DNA from: Candidatus Rokuibacteriota bacterium
GTDB lineage: Bacteria; Methylomirabilota; Methylomirabilia; Rokubacteriales; CSP1-6
Assembly (NCBI GenBank): GCA_016209635.1
Contig: JACQWC010000221.1
Coordinates: 30,859-94,858, forward strand
DNA: 64,000 bases
Direction: 5' to 3'
Positions within the stretch are counted from its first letter, which is position 1. The number at the start of each line of letters is the position of its first letter. Of this stretch, positions 17,615 to 27,737 are shown piece after piece. The notes under the pieces were generated by a model. That model did not search any database and was not told the DNA's origin. It was given only the letters and a program-made list of their open reading frames with translations. A program made the position numbers and the translations under genes.

Positions 17615-18801
17615 GGAATTCTCCTCGGGGAGCCGGCCCAGCTCGCCCCTTCTTGCACGTTCAGGTAGAGCTGCTCGGTCTCGGTCACCATCCGTTCCAG
17701 AGAAAAGTGCTCGGCGATCCGCCGCTGCCCGGCTCGGCCGAAGCTCGCAGCCAGCTCGGCGTCCTCGAGCACTCGGCAGATGGCGCGGGCCAGCGCCGCG
17801 GGGTCTCGTGGCGGGACCAGCAGGCCGGTCCCTCCGTCCACCACCACCTCCGGGTTGCCCCCCACTCGTGTGGCGACGACGGGCACCCCGGCCGCCATCG
17901 ACTCGAGCAGGACGTTCGACAAGCCTTCGCTCAGGGACGGGAGCACGGACACCGTGGCCTCGGACAGGACCTCGGGAATGTCGAGCCGGAACCCGGCGAA
18001 CGTGATGCGCCCGTCGAGGCCGAGACGCCGCGCGTGGCCCTCCAGCGCCTCCCGGTACAGGAGGTCCGGCACGACACCGCCGTCCTTCACGAGGTGGCCG
18101 TCGCCCACGATCAGGAAGCGCGCGTGCCGGACGCGCTGGGCGACGAGGGCCGCGGCGTCCACGAAGTCCTCCAGCCCCTTCAGCGGCTTCAGTCGAGACA
18201 ACACGGTGACGACCGGGACCCCCGCACGTAGCCCCAGCTCCTGGCGGACGCGGCCATCGCAGCGGCTCACCCCGAACGCGGAGAGGTCGACGCCGTTCCG
18301 GATGACGGCGATCTTTCGCGGATCGTAGCCGTCGGTGACCAGCCACTGCCTCACCGCCTCGGCGTTCGCCACGATCCGGTCGGCCAGGCGACACACGAGC
18401 CGCTGCACCCGCCGCTGCCACGACGAGAGGTAGACGCCGGTGTCCCTGATCGATACGACCGCCGGCACGCCGATCAGCTTGGCGACAGGAACGGCGAAGA
18501 CGGTGGGATAGAAGTTGTACGTGTGCACCACCTGGATCCGATCCCGGCGAAGGTCGGAGGCGAATCTCACCTGCGCTCGGAGCGTGCGGGGGCCGTACAG
18601 GCGATCGATGCCGTACTCGGCGAGCGGCACGCCGAGCGCCTCGATCTCCCCGAGGAGATGCCCCCACCGCCTGAGACACGCGATGTGCAGCGCGAACCGG
18701 GACGGGGCCAGAGCGCGCCCGAGGGCGACCGCCTGCCGTTCCGTCCCGCCCATGCCGAACACGGTGAGGAACTTCAGCAACCTGAGGCGTTCTCGTGGCA
18801 T
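17611..18801 (-). CDS. Glycosyltransferase family 4
   Basis: C-terminal 396 aa of track ORF 17611..20163. ATG at 18801. MPRERLRLLKFLTVFGMGGTERQ...; tail SLSEGLSNVLLESMAAGVPVVATRVGGNPEVVVDGGTGLLV. Confidence 0.88.
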   Translation of the reverse strand: MPRERLRLLKFLTVFGMGGTERQAVALGRALAPSRFALHIACLRRWGHLLGEIEALGVPLAEYGIDRLYGPRTLRAQVRFASDLRRDRIQVVHTYNFYPTVFAVPVAKLIGVPAVVSIRDTGVYLSSWQRRVQRLVCRLADRIVANAEAVRQWLVTDGYDPRKIAVIRNGVDLSAFGVSRCDGRVRQELGLRAGVPVVTVLSRLKPLKGLEDFVDAAALVAQRVRHARFLIVGDGHLVKDGGVVPDLLYREALEGHARRLGLDGRITFAGFRLDIPEVLSEATVSVLPSLSEGLSNVLLESMAAGVPVVATRVGGNPEVVVDGGTGLLVPPRDPAALARAICRVLEDAELAASFGRAGQRRIAEHFSLERMVTETEQLYLNVQEGASWAGSPRRIP

Positions 18802-18806
18802 GGCGG

Positions 18807-20159
18807 TCACGGGGGGAAGCTGGCACGGATCCTCGGATCGCCCTCCGAAGTCGGCGCCGGCGCCCGGCTGACCGCCTGCATGGCGACTGCCAGCCCCGCG
18901 AGCTCGTAGAAATAGAAGTGGTAGGCGACCGGGTGGAACAGAGCCGCGACGGCGAAGGCGACGAGGCTCACCTGCAGGCCTTCGGCCAGGTGGAAGAGGT
19001 CTCGAGCCCCCGGGTCGCCGGCCGCCCTCCGCCGAACGAGCCCGACACGCCGGATGGCCCCGAGGAGCAGCAGGAGAAACAAGCTGAGCCCGGGAAGACC
19101 CAGCTCGACCGCCAGCTCCAGATAGACGTTGTGGACGGCTTTCCACGACGGGCCGCGCTCCGCGTTGAGCGCGAGGACGTTCATGCCGACGCCGGCGCCC
19201 ACGATCGGATGGGCGAGCACGAAGGTCGCCGCGGCGACCGTGTCGGTCCACCTCGCCTGCGCCGAGCCGGTCGGGTCCGAATCGATGCTGGCGACCGTGC
19301 CCAGGCGATCCAGATAGCCCGAGGGTAGGAACGGGATGGCGGCGAGCGTCAGGATCATCGCGACCACCGCCCAGCCGCGCTCCGCACGCTGGCCGAGCCG
19401 CCAGCAGTACAGGACGACCGCCGTTGCCAGAGTCAGGAAGCCCGCGCGCGAGAGCGTCACGATCACCGCGAGCACGTCGACCAGGACGGCGCCGGCGAGA
19501 AGCAGACGGAGGGAACGCCTGCGCTGGATGAACAGCAGCGCCACCGTCAGGGGCAAGATCAGGTTGAGCATCAGGGCGAGGTCGTTCGGATTCTCGGTGA
19601 GCGGCGCGTCGTATCCGAGGATCCGCTTCACTCCGACGTGTCCGCCGTCGGGGACGAACGTGCCCGCGAGGTAGTTCCGGACCCCGGTCACCGCGAGCGG
19701 GATGGCCGTCAGGCTCAGCGTCCATGCCACCAGCCGGAGCCTCGCGCGTGTGTCGATGACGATGCCCAATAGCCAGAAGACCGCCAGCGTCTTGAAGTAC
19801 GTGTCGAGCAGGAATGTCACGCTCCCTCCCGGCCAGGCGGAGAACGGTGCGGTCGCGATGGCCCACCCGGCCAGGGCCGCGGCGACCCGCGTCTCGCGCG
19901 TCGATGCCACGAGGGGGCGCCGTTCGACGAGGCGACTGGCGAGGAGCGTCACGATCGCCACGACGGCGGTCAGCAGCGCGGGGCGTACCGAGGCCAGCGC
20001 GGGCACGAAGGTCTGCGGCGCGATCAGCGAGATGACGACGAAGGCCATCAGGGCCGAGAACGCGACCGCGCCCCCGCGGGCCGCGGAACCCTCGGGGGCG
20101 GCGGTCAGGACCGCGCCCGAGCCGCCGTGCATCGAAGCTCGCCACCAGTGATGGCTCAT
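18807..20159 (-). CDS. O-antigen ligase / Wzy-like polymerase family membrane protein
   Basis: Polytopic, with a large loop ...SIDSDPTGSAQARW... and VTLSRAGFLTLATAVVL. The start is uncertain: ATG 20159, GTG 20168 or ATG 20132. Confidence 0.8.
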   Translation of the reverse strand: MSHHWWRASMHGGSGAVLTAAPEGSAARGGAVAFSALMAFVVISLIAPQTFVPALASVRPALLTAVVAIVTLLASRLVERRPLVASTRETRVAAALAGWAIATAPFSAWPGGSVTFLLDTYFKTLAVFWLLGIVIDTRARLRLVAWTLSLTAIPLAVTGVRNYLAGTFVPDGGHVGVKRILGYDAPLTENPNDLALMLNLILPLTVALLFIQRRRSLRLLLAGAVLVDVLAVIVTLSRAGFLTLATAVVLYCWRLGQRAERGWAVVAMILTLAAIPFLPSGYLDRLGTVASIDSDPTGSAQARWTDTVAAATFVLAHPIVGAGVGMNVLALNAERGPSWKAVHNVYLELAVELGLPGLSLFLLLLLGAIRRVGLVRRRAAGDPGARDLFHLAEGLQVSLVAFAVAALFHPVAYHFYFYELAGLAVAMQAVSRAPAPTSEGDPRIRASFPP

Positions 20160-20199
20160 GCAAGGCACCGGTCAGGACGCGGGGCGCCCGCGTCTCCTG

Positions 20200-21507
20200 C
20201 TAGAGCGTGACGACACGACCCGCCGGGGCCTGGATCTCGTACGTTGCGCCGCGCGTGTCGACGACGAGCGCGGCGACCGCGACGATCCGGTGGTAATCGA
20301 ACTCCGCGTGATCGGTGAGGATCAGGACGCAGTCCGCGCCGGCGAGGCGCTCATCGGTGGGCTCGACCGCCTTGAAGGCGTGACCGCCCAGAGTGATCTC
20401 GGGAACATACGGGTCCGCGTACGCGACCCCGGCCCCGCACTCGATGAGCCTGCCGAGGACCTCGAGCGCGGGCGACTCTCGCGTGTCTCCCACTCCCCGC
20501 TTGTAGGCGACCCCCAGGGCCAGGATCGTCGCGCCGTTCAGGCAGCGCCGCCGGCGGTTCAGGGCCTCCCCCACCAGCTCGACGACGTGTCCCGGCATGG
20601 ACCGGTTGATCTCGTCCGCCAGCCGGATGCACCGGGCCTCGTAGCCGTCCAGGCGCATCTTCCAGGCGAGGTAGGCAGGATCGACGCCGATGCAGTGCCC
20701 GCCGATCCCCGGCCCCGGGTAGAACGGCAGGAACCCGAACGGCTTGGTGGCGGCGGCGTCGATCACCTCGCGCGTGCTCACGCCGAGGCGGCGGCACATG
20801 AGCGCAAACTCGTTGGCAAGCGCGATGTTGACGTTCCTGAACACGTTCTCGTAGAGCTTGACCAGCTCCGCCACCTTGGCGTTCGAAACCACGATGACCT
20901 GCGCGATGATCTGGCGATAGAGGAAGGCCGCGAGAGCAGCGCACCGCGGCGTCACCCCTCCGACCACCTTCGGGATGTCCGTCACCGAGTACGTTGGGTT
21001 GGCCGGGTCGATCCGCTCGGGCGAGAAGGCCAGGAAGACGTCCACGCCCGGCCTGGCCCCCCGACCCTCGAACAGCGGCACGAGCAGCTCCTGGGTCGTC
21101 CCAGGGTACGTCGTCGATTCCAGGATCACGAGATGGCCGGGCCGGAACCGGGCAGCCACTTCCTCGGCGGCGGCGAGGACGAACGAGATGTCCGGATCCT
21201 TCGTCTTCCTCAAGGGCGTGGGCACGCAGATGACCGCGACGTCGCTCTGGTCGAGGACCGAGAAGTCGGCGCTGGCCTCGTACAGCCCCTCGCGCAGCAC
21301 CGTTGCCAGCGTCTCGTCCTCCACGTCGGGACTGTGTGAGCGGCCCGCGTTGAGAGCGCCCAGCCGGTCCGGATCGGTATCGAGCCCGGTCACGACGAAG
21401 CCGCCCCGGGCGAACGCGATGGCCAGTGGGAGACCAACGTACCCTTGCCCGATCACGCAGAGCCGGGCGGCGCGATCACGGATGCGACGCATCAGATCGG
21501 TGGTCAT
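20200..21507 (-). CDS. Nucleotide-sugar 6-dehydrogenase (WbpO/TviB/WbpA-like, UDP-N-acetylhexosamine type)
   Basis: CVIGQGYVGLPLAIAFA Rossmann motif, PGPGIGGHCI catalytic Cys. ATG at 21507 gives the usual N-terminal length; ATG at 21540 is an alternative. Confidence 0.9.
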   Translation of the reverse strand: MTTDLMRRIRDRAARLCVIGQGYVGLPLAIAFARGGFVVTGLDTDPDRLGALNAGRSHSPDVEDETLATVLREGLYEASADFSVLDQSDVAVICVPTPLRKTKDPDISFVLAAAEEVAARFRPGHLVILESTTYPGTTQELLVPLFEGRGARPGVDVFLAFSPERIDPANPTYSVTDIPKVVGGVTPRCAALAAFLYRQIIAQVIVVSNAKVAELVKLYENVFRNVNIALANEFALMCRRLGVSTREVIDAAATKPFGFLPFYPGPGIGGHCIGVDPAYLAWKMRLDGYEARCIRLADEINRSMPGHVVELVGEALNRRRRCLNGATILALGVAYKRGVGDTRESPALEVLGRLIECGAGVAYADPYVPEITLGGHAFKAVEPTDERLAGADCVLILTDHAEFDYHRIVAVAALVVDTRGATYEIQAPAGRVVTL

Positions 21508-21568
21508 CACCTCGAGACCCTCTCGGGACGCGCGAACCATGGGCGGCGATGCCGAGCCTCGCGGTCCA

Positions 21569-22504
21569 CTATGAGGTCTTCACGCCCCGCATTCGGATCG
21601 GGCCGTCGAACACCTCGACGTCGAGAAACCCGTTGGCCCGAAACCACCCGAACACCTCGGGGTAGAGGAACTTCCACTGATACCGCGGGGTGTACCAGTC
21701 GAACGTGTCGAGCCAGCGCCAGCGCCAGTTCGGGTGCATCGAGATCGCGAAGAACAGCCGCAGCGCTTCGCCGAGCCCGCGCACGCGGTAGACGTAGTAG
21801 AGGGGGATCGCCACGGCTGACAGCGCGAGCATCAACCGTCGGGGAAGCCGGGTCGTCAGCCGGCGCACGACGTCCGCGACCCGGTGGGCGGATCCGTACC
21901 GAGCGTACACGTACACGGCGAACCCGCCCCCTTTCTTCACCGCCGCCGCGACGCGGTCGAACGCCGCGCGCGGGTCGGGGGTGTGATGCAGGACGCCGAT
22001 CGAGTACGCCAGATCGAACGTCCTCTCGCGAAACGGCATCGCGAAGATGTCCGCCTGGACGACGTGCACCTTGTCGAGCCGCCCGATGTTCGCGTACGCG
22101 GCGTCGGCCGCCGTCGTGAGATCGATCCCGACGACCTCGCCCCCCTTCCTCGCGACGACCTCGGCGAACCGACCCGCGCCAACGCCCGCGTCGAGCACGA
22201 GGCGGCCCACATAATCCGCGTCCCGCCAACCGGTTGTCGCTTCCAGCGTCGTCTCCGACTCCCGCGTCCCGCTCCACGAGTCGAGCTGCACCTTGCGGAA
22301 CCAGTTCCACTGGTCGCCGAAACTCGATGCGTACGTGCGCTCGGCGACGAATCTCGGAACGCCGCGGATGACCGGGTAGGCACGCCGACACTGACGGCAG
22401 GCGAGGATCCCCTCGCTCACCTCCGCGTCTCGGCGGTCCGCGCGCAGGTCGAGCTCACCGTGACAAGCCGGACAGACGAGGAACCGCAGGGCGCTGGGCT
22501 TCAT
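21569..22504 (-). CDS. Class I SAM-dependent methyltransferase with N-terminal Trm112-like zinc ribbon
   Basis: Internal ATG at 22504, 4 nt after the upstream stop. MKPSALRFLVCPACHGELDL...ILACRQCRRAYPVIRGVPRF, then LDAGVGAGRF. The track N-terminus is shadow. Confidence 0.85.
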   Translation of the reverse strand: MKPSALRFLVCPACHGELDLRADRRDAEVSEGILACRQCRRAYPVIRGVPRFVAERTYASSFGDQWNWFRKVQLDSWSGTRESETTLEATTGWRDADYVGRLVLDAGVGAGRFAEVVARKGGEVVGIDLTTAADAAYANIGRLDKVHVVQADIFAMPFRERTFDLAYSIGVLHHTPDPRAAFDRVAAAVKKGGGFAVYVYARYGSAHRVADVVRRLTTRLPRRLMLALSAVAIPLYYVYRVRGLGEALRLFFAISMHPNWRWRWLDTFDWYTPRYQWKFLYPEVFGWFRANGFLDVEVFDGPIRMRGVKTS

Positions 22505-22508
22505 CGTG

Positions 22509-23717
22509 TCAGGCGGCCCGGCCGAGGCGCGCTTCCAGACCGCGCGCGCGCCTGCCGGACCGACCGGCGTCGGCGTCGGCCGAGCCACGCCCGGAGAGTA
22601 CGACCTTGACCGTCTCAAAGAGGATGCGGAGGTCCAGCGACAGCGACGCGTGCTGGAGGTAGTAGAGGTCGTACCGGATCTTCTCGATCTCCTCCTCCAG
22701 GGAGTTGGCGTACCCGTAGCGGACCTGCGCCCACCCCGTGATCCCTGGCCGGACCGCACACCGAAGCGAGTAGTAGGGGATCGCGGCGCCCGTCGGCTCG
22801 CCCAGGTTGCGGAGTGCCAGGATCAGGAGCTCGAGGTTCGTCACCGGATGGGGCCGCGGGCCCACGAGGTTCATGTCGCCCAGGAGGACGTTCACGAGCT
22901 GGGGGAGCTCGTCGAGCCGAAACCGCCTGAGCCACTTCCCGACGCGCGTGATCCGATGACTGTTGTCCCGAACCCATTCGGACGTCCGCCGGACGGCCGG
23001 ATGCATCGTGCGGAACTTGATCAGCTTGAAGGATCTCCCGGCCCGCCCCACGCGCTCCTGGATGAAGAACACGGGGCCCCGCGACTCGAGCTTGATCAAG
23101 AGCGCAATCGCGCCGAAGACGGGCAGGAGGACGGTCAATGCGACCACGGACACGAGAAGGCCGAGCCCGCGCGCCACCACAGCCTGGAGGCAGGCCGTCT
23201 CGAAGCTCCCCGAGAAGACGACGCTGCTCGGGGTGAGCGACTCGAGGGCGAGCTTTCCGGTCAAGCGCTCGTAGGTCCCGAGCCCATCCTCGACCAGGAT
23301 TCCGCGCGCCCGCGCCTCGAGGAGCCGGTCGATCGGCAGCCGCCCCCGTCGCTCGGCAAGCGCGACGACGATGCGGTCGGGCCGAACCTCGTCGATGACG
23401 CGACCGAGGTCCTCGAGCGCCCCGAGGAGCGGATGGCCGACGATCGACCCTCGTGGAGGCGTCGCGTCGTCGACCACACCGACGACGATGCAGCGCAGCT
23501 CGGGCCGCCCCTGGATCTCCTCGATGACCTTCCACGCCAGCCGGCTGGTCCCCAGGATCAGTACGCGCTCGCCGGCATGACGGAGGCGCGGCCCTCGGCC
23601 GCACGCGACGCGAAACCCGAGCACGAAAGCGGCGATGATCAGAAGGCTCGCGAGGAGCGGGCCACCGCCGAGCCGCGCCTCAGGGACGAGACCGTATATG
23701 GCGCTCATCCCACTCAC
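22509..23717 (-). CDS. Polyprenyl-phosphate sugar-phosphate transferase (priming bacterial sugar transferase, WbaP/EpsB-like)
   Basis: ...PVFFIQERVGRAGRSFKLIKFRTM...DELPQLVNVLLGDMNLVGPRPHP. GTG at 23717 or ATG at 23708. Confidence 0.9.
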   Translation of the reverse strand: MSGMSAIYGLVPEARLGGGPLLASLLIIAAFVLGFRVACGRGPRLRHAGERVLILGTSRLAWKVIEEIQGRPELRCIVVGVVDDATPPRGSIVGHPLLGALEDLGRVIDEVRPDRIVVALAERRGRLPIDRLLEARARGILVEDGLGTYERLTGKLALESLTPSSVVFSGSFETACLQAVVARGLGLLVSVVALTVLLPVFGAIALLIKLESRGPVFFIQERVGRAGRSFKLIKFRTMHPAVRRTSEWVRDNSHRITRVGKWLRRFRLDELPQLVNVLLGDMNLVGPRPHPVTNLELLILALRNLGEPTGAAIPYYSLRCAVRPGITGWAQVRYGYANSLEEEIEKIRYDLYYLQHASLSLDLRILFETVKVVLSGRGSADADAGRSGRRARGLEARLGRAA

Positions 23718-23726
23718 GCGGGGCCG

Positions 23727-24758
23727 TCAGCGGCCCTGCCCGTCTCGCGCCCAGTCGACGTGCCTGGCCGCGAGGTTGCAGAGGATCGGCCCCAGCTTCC
23801 CGGCGGCGTGCCTCACCACCGGACCGGGCTCGAGAAGATCGGCACGGAGAATCACCGGCGGCTCGGCGGGCACCACGAAGTCGGGGTCGACAGGCCCCGC
23901 ACCTTGGGCGGCGTACCGAGCGCGGACCTTCGGCGGGATCGGGGTCGTGTTGACGACGACGTAATCGAGCGCCCCCGCCGGCAACCCATGCGCGGCCAGA
24001 GCGCCGAGGTGCTCGGCGACGCCGTACCCCGTGGTCTCGCCGGGCTCCGTCATCACGTTGCACACGAAGATGCGGACGGCCTCTGAGCGCGCCACGGCCT
24101 CGGCCACACCCGGGACGACCAGCGTGGCGAGGAGGCTCGTGTAGAGGCTTCCGGGTCCCAGGATCATCGCGTCGGCCGCGTCCAGCGCCTCCAGCACGCC
24201 GGGCGCGGCGGTCGCATCGGCGGGATCGATCCGCACGCGCGTGATCGGCGCGCCGCCCCGCGGAATCTCGGACTCGCCGTGAATCGAGCGGCCATCCACC
24301 AGGTCGGCGACCAGCTGAACCCGATGGGTCGTCGATGGAAGGACGAGATCCTCCACACCGAGCAGCTCGGCCGCCAGGCGGATCGCCTTCAACTCGTCGG
24401 TCGCGACCATATCGAGCGCGGTCAACAGGAGGTTCCCGACAGGGTGCTCCACAACGCCCCCGTCAAACCGGTACTGGAGTGCCGCCGACACCTCCGGCGC
24501 CACCCGGGCCAGCGCGGCCAGGCAGTTACGGATGTCCCCCGGCGGGAGCACACCGTACTGCCGTCGCAGGATCCCCGAGCTCCCGCCGTCGTCCGCGGCC
24601 GTGACGATCGCCGTGATCCGGCAGCGCGCGGGGAGGTGACGGCGCAGCCCGCTCAGGACCACCGGCAGCCCCGTCCCGCCGCCCAGCGCGACGACGCGGG
24701 AGAGCGACCGTTCAACACCGCCTCGAGGCAGGACCGGGACCATCAGGCTCGCCCTCAC
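23727..24758 (-). CDS. YvcK/CofD-family protein (UPF0052, gluconeogenesis factor-like)
   Basis: VVALGGGTGLPVVLSGL...TAADDGGSSG...PGDIRNCL...ILGPGSLYTSL. GTG at 24758 overlaps the BY-kinase TGA (GTGA). Confidence 0.85.
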   Translation of the reverse strand: MRASLMVPVLPRGGVERSLSRVVALGGGTGLPVVLSGLRRHLPARCRITAIVTAADDGGSSGILRRQYGVLPPGDIRNCLAALARVAPEVSAALQYRFDGGVVEHPVGNLLLTALDMVATDELKAIRLAAELLGVEDLVLPSTTHRVQLVADLVDGRSIHGESEIPRGGAPITRVRIDPADATAAPGVLEALDAADAMILGPGSLYTSLLATLVVPGVAEAVARSEAVRIFVCNVMTEPGETTGYGVAEHLGALAAHGLPAGALDYVVVNTTPIPPKVRARYAAQGAGPVDPDFVVPAEPPVILRADLLEPGPVVRHAAGKLGPILCNLAARHVDWARDGQGR

Positions 24759-25555
24759 GGCCCCGCGCTCCTCTCCCGGTGTAGCGGAGTCTCAAGCAAG
24801 CCCCCGACGCGCTTCGCGACGCGGCGCCACGAGGCGTCTCGAGGCGACCCTGCGTACACGTCGTAGTAACGAGAGCGACGCGCGTCGTCGCCGTTGAACA
24901 CGAGGCCGATGACCTTCGCCGGATCCATCAGGTCCAAGGCCTCTGCGAGCATCGCCCGCGGCGCGCGATGCGCACCGACCACGACGAGGAACCCATCGAC
25001 GCACTTCGCGACGAGCCGGCAGTCCGGGACGGGAGCGAACGGTGGCGTGTCGAGCACGACGTAGTCGTAGCGCCTCCGCGCTTCATCGAGCAGCGCCTCG
25101 AACCGCGACGACTTGAGCAATTCGTAGGGTGCCGCGGCAGGCCCGCCCGCCGGCAGCACCGAGAGATTGAAGCGGGGAAGATGCTCCACGGTGTCTTCCG
25201 GCGTGAGACCGGACTCCATGAGCACATCCAGGAGACCGCCCCTCGAACCGCGCAGCCCGAGCTGACGCGCGACCGCCGGCCGCCGAAGGTCGATGTCCGC
25301 CAGCAGGACCCGGGCCTCGGCAGATTGCGCGAGGGCCCCCGCGAGGTTGATCGCGGTCGTCGTCTTACCGTCGCCGACGCCCGGACTCGTGACGGCCACG
25401 ACCTGGAGGCTGGCGTTCTTGCGCAGCGTCTCCACGACATGGCGGAGCACCCGGTACTGCTCGGCCTCGACCGAGGCGGGCCGAACGAAGCTCACCAGGC
25501 GCTCGTCGATCCGCGTGGACGACCAGGGCGCGTGCAGGGCGGCCTCGTGACTCAT
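24755..25555 (-). CDS. Bacterial tyrosine (BY) kinase, stand-alone cytoplasmic ATPase type
   Basis: Walker A SPGVGDGKTT, Walker A' LLADIDLRRP, Walker B VVLDTPP. C-terminal Tyr cluster RSRYYDVY. Confidence 0.88.
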   Translation of the reverse strand: MSHEAALHAPWSSTRIDERLVSFVRPASVEAEQYRVLRHVVETLRKNASLQVVAVTSPGVGDGKTTTAINLAGALAQSAEARVLLADIDLRRPAVARQLGLRGSRGGLLDVLMESGLTPEDTVEHLPRFNLSVLPAGGPAAAPYELLKSSRFEALLDEARRRYDYVVLDTPPFAPVPDCRLVAKCVDGFLVVVGAHRAPRAMLAEALDLMDPAKVIGLVFNGDDARRSRYYDVYAGSPRDASWRRVAKRVGGLLETPLHRERSAGP

Positions 25556-25567
25556 ACGACCCCCCCG

Positions 25568-27112
25568 TCAGGACCCGCCCCGCGACAGAATCCGGGCCAG
25601 TTGCTCGTTCCCGTGTGCGACGTGATAGGAAGCCAAGACGACGAGGGCCACCCCGAGCGCGATCGAGGCCGTCGCCAGCCACCCCTGACGCCACCGCTGC
25701 GCGGTGTCGCCGGCGGTGGCGATGCGGGGGATGCTCGCCAGCACCGGCACCCGCGTGAACGACCGGAGATCGTCGAGCGTGTGGAAGGAGGTGTCGCGGT
25801 GCTCGGCCAGCACGATCGCTGCCGCCGCCAGCCCGAGCGCAAGCAGCGCGCCGATGAGGATGAGCCGGGCCCGGTCCGGTGCGACCGGGTGGAGGGCCGG
25901 AACCGCAGGATCCAGGATCCGGAACTCCTCGCCCGTCCGCCGCCGCTCCATGTCCTCGGCGACCTGGGCGTCCTGGTACCGCTTGAGGATCGCGTCGTAG
26001 AGCTCCCTCGTCGTCCGGTAGTCGCGGGACATTTCCTGCAGCTCCTGCTCTCGCTCGGGCGCGGATTCGACCCGCCGCTGGTAGGCAGCGGTGTCGCGCC
26101 GCAGGCGCTGCTCCTCGGCCTTGAGGGCGCTGATCTCCGCGTCTAGCTCGCCGAGCGACGTCCTGAGCCCGGTGACGGTCGGGTCGACCGTCCCGGCGGG
26201 TCCGGCGTCCGCCACCTGCCGCTCGGTCGTCGCGATCTCCGCCTTCAGCGCGACGACATCCGGGTACCTGTCGCTGAATAGCTTTCGCATCCTCGCCAGC
26301 TCTCGCTTCAGGCGCGCCAGGCGCGCGGTCGGCGCGTCCTCGCCAGTGGCCGCGGCGGACGATTGGGCGTCGGCGAGCTGCCTGACGAGCGCGGCCCGCC
26401 GCTCCATCGCGCGCATCTGGCCGTTGCTGTTGAGGGTGAGCTGCGCGTTCAGGCGCTCCAGGGTTGCCAGGTTCGCCGCGACTTGCTCGGGGAGCTCGCC
26501 GATGTGGCGCCGCTTGAATTCGTTGATCTTGCGCTCCTGCTCTTCCAGCCGCCGCTTCGTCTCTTCGACCTGCAGGATCGAGAGCCGGACGGCGGCCGTC
26601 GCCTGTCGCTCCCGGATCTTGATATTTTCCTCGACGTAGAACGACGCCAGCGCGTTCGCCACCCGCGCCACGGTCTCCGGGTCCCGTCCCCGGAAGCTCA
26701 CGGTGAAGGCGATCGTCGGTCCGCGCCCGAGCGCCGGCTCGACGCCCTTGAGCTCCACCTGGATGTCACGCCTCAGCTGCTCCATGGCCCCCTCGGGCAC
26801 CATCCTCGATCTCAGGTCCCGGTAGAGGTCGAAACGATTCATGAGGGTCTCGAGCCGCGCTCGGCTCAGGATCTCCTGGCCGATCGTGTGCAGCCGGGCC
26901 TCGAGTTCGCTGGTGACGGCGGGCCGCACGAACGCCCCCTGCATCTCCTGGCGCTCGACCAGCACGGTCGCCACCGACCGATAGATCCCGGGAAGCGACA
27001 GGGCGGCCGTCACGGCGCCGGCGACGACCGCGGTGAAGATCGCGGTGGCCAGGAGCTTTCGTCGGCCCCAGACCGCCGCACCGAGCGCCGAGACCCCGCT
27101 CGGCTGGATCAT
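25568..27112 (-). CDS. Polysaccharide chain-length determinant (Wzz/GumC-like, PCP family)
   Basis: 514 aa. N- and C-terminal TM helices flank a long coiled-coil periplasmic region. Confidence 0.85.
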   Translation of the reverse strand: MIQPSGVSALGAAVWGRRKLLATAIFTAVVAGAVTAALSLPGIYRSVATVLVERQEMQGAFVRPAVTSELEARLHTIGQEILSRARLETLMNRFDLYRDLRSRMVPEGAMEQLRRDIQVELKGVEPALGRGPTIAFTVSFRGRDPETVARVANALASFYVEENIKIRERQATAAVRLSILQVEETKRRLEEQERKINEFKRRHIGELPEQVAANLATLERLNAQLTLNSNGQMRAMERRAALVRQLADAQSSAAATGEDAPTARLARLKRELARMRKLFSDRYPDVVALKAEIATTERQVADAGPAGTVDPTVTGLRTSLGELDAEISALKAEEQRLRRDTAAYQRRVESAPEREQELQEMSRDYRTTRELYDAILKRYQDAQVAEDMERRRTGEEFRILDPAVPALHPVAPDRARLILIGALLALGLAAAAIVLAEHRDTSFHTLDDLRSFTRVPVLASIPRIATAGDTAQRWRQGWLATASIALGVALVVLASYHVAHGNEQLARILSRGGS

Positions 27113-27119
27113 GCCCCGC

Positions 27120-27716
27120 TCACGGCACGACCACGATGTCGCCAGGCTGGAGGAGGAAGTTCTCCTCCTGTGGATCCCGGGAGACGACCTTGTTGTAGTT
27201 GAACGGGATCCGCTTGATGCTTGTCCCGTCCCGGCGAAGGATCACGACCCGCGCACGGGAGGCGAACTCGCTGAACCCCCCGGCGAGCGCAAGGACGTCG
27301 AGCACGGTTGCGGGGCTTCTGAGCTCGTAGCGGCCCGCCGTCTTCACCTCGCCGATCACCGAGACCTTGAAACTGTGTACCTCGCGGACGATGACGGACA
27401 CCTCGGGCGCCGGCACGTAGTCGGCGAGTCTCTTCGTGAGCACATCCCGCAGCTGGTCCGGCGCGAGGCCGGCCGCCTGCACCTCGTTCAGCAGCGGGAG
27501 CGAGATCTTGCCGTCTGGGCGGACCGGCACCGTGCGGCTCACCGCCGTGTTGTTCCACACGGCGATGTCGAGCACGTCCTCAGGCCCGATCCTGTACTCC
27601 CCGGCCGGCCCCGCCGCCCCGGAGCGCCCGTTCGGCTGCTCCTCTGCGGAGGCGAAGCCGGTGAGGATCAGCGACGCGACCGTCACCGCCGTAAAGACAC
27701 GCCCGCGGAACGTCAC
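27120..27716 (-). CDS. Polysaccharide export protein (Wza/EpsE-like, Poly_export + SLBB)
   Basis: Signal peptide. YRIGPEDVLDIAVW, RPDGKISLPLLNEVQAAG, KVSVIGEVKTAGRYEL. GTG start with GGAAGG 5 nt upstream. Confidence 0.88.
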   Translation of the reverse strand: MTFRGRVFTAVTVASLILTGFASAEEQPNGRSGAAGPAGEYRIGPEDVLDIAVWNNTAVSRTVPVRPDGKISLPLLNEVQAAGLAPDQLRDVLTKRLADYVPAPEVSVIVREVHSFKVSVIGEVKTAGRYELRSPATVLDVLALAGGFSEFASRARVVILRRDGTSIKRIPFNYNKVVSRDPQEENFLLQPGDIVVVP

Positions 27717-27737
27717 TGGAGCCTTCCGCGACCCCGC

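Noticed and set aside
16601-20163. Taking the full-length track ORFs 16601..18826 (741 aa) and 17611..20163 (850 aa) as multidomain proteins
   Set aside because: Only the C-terminal 337 and 396 aa look like real proteins (LLM, GT4). The upstream parts are Arg/Pro-rich and overlap the genuine GT4 and O-antigen-ligase-like genes in other frames. Clean internal starts with SD or GTGA coupling exist.
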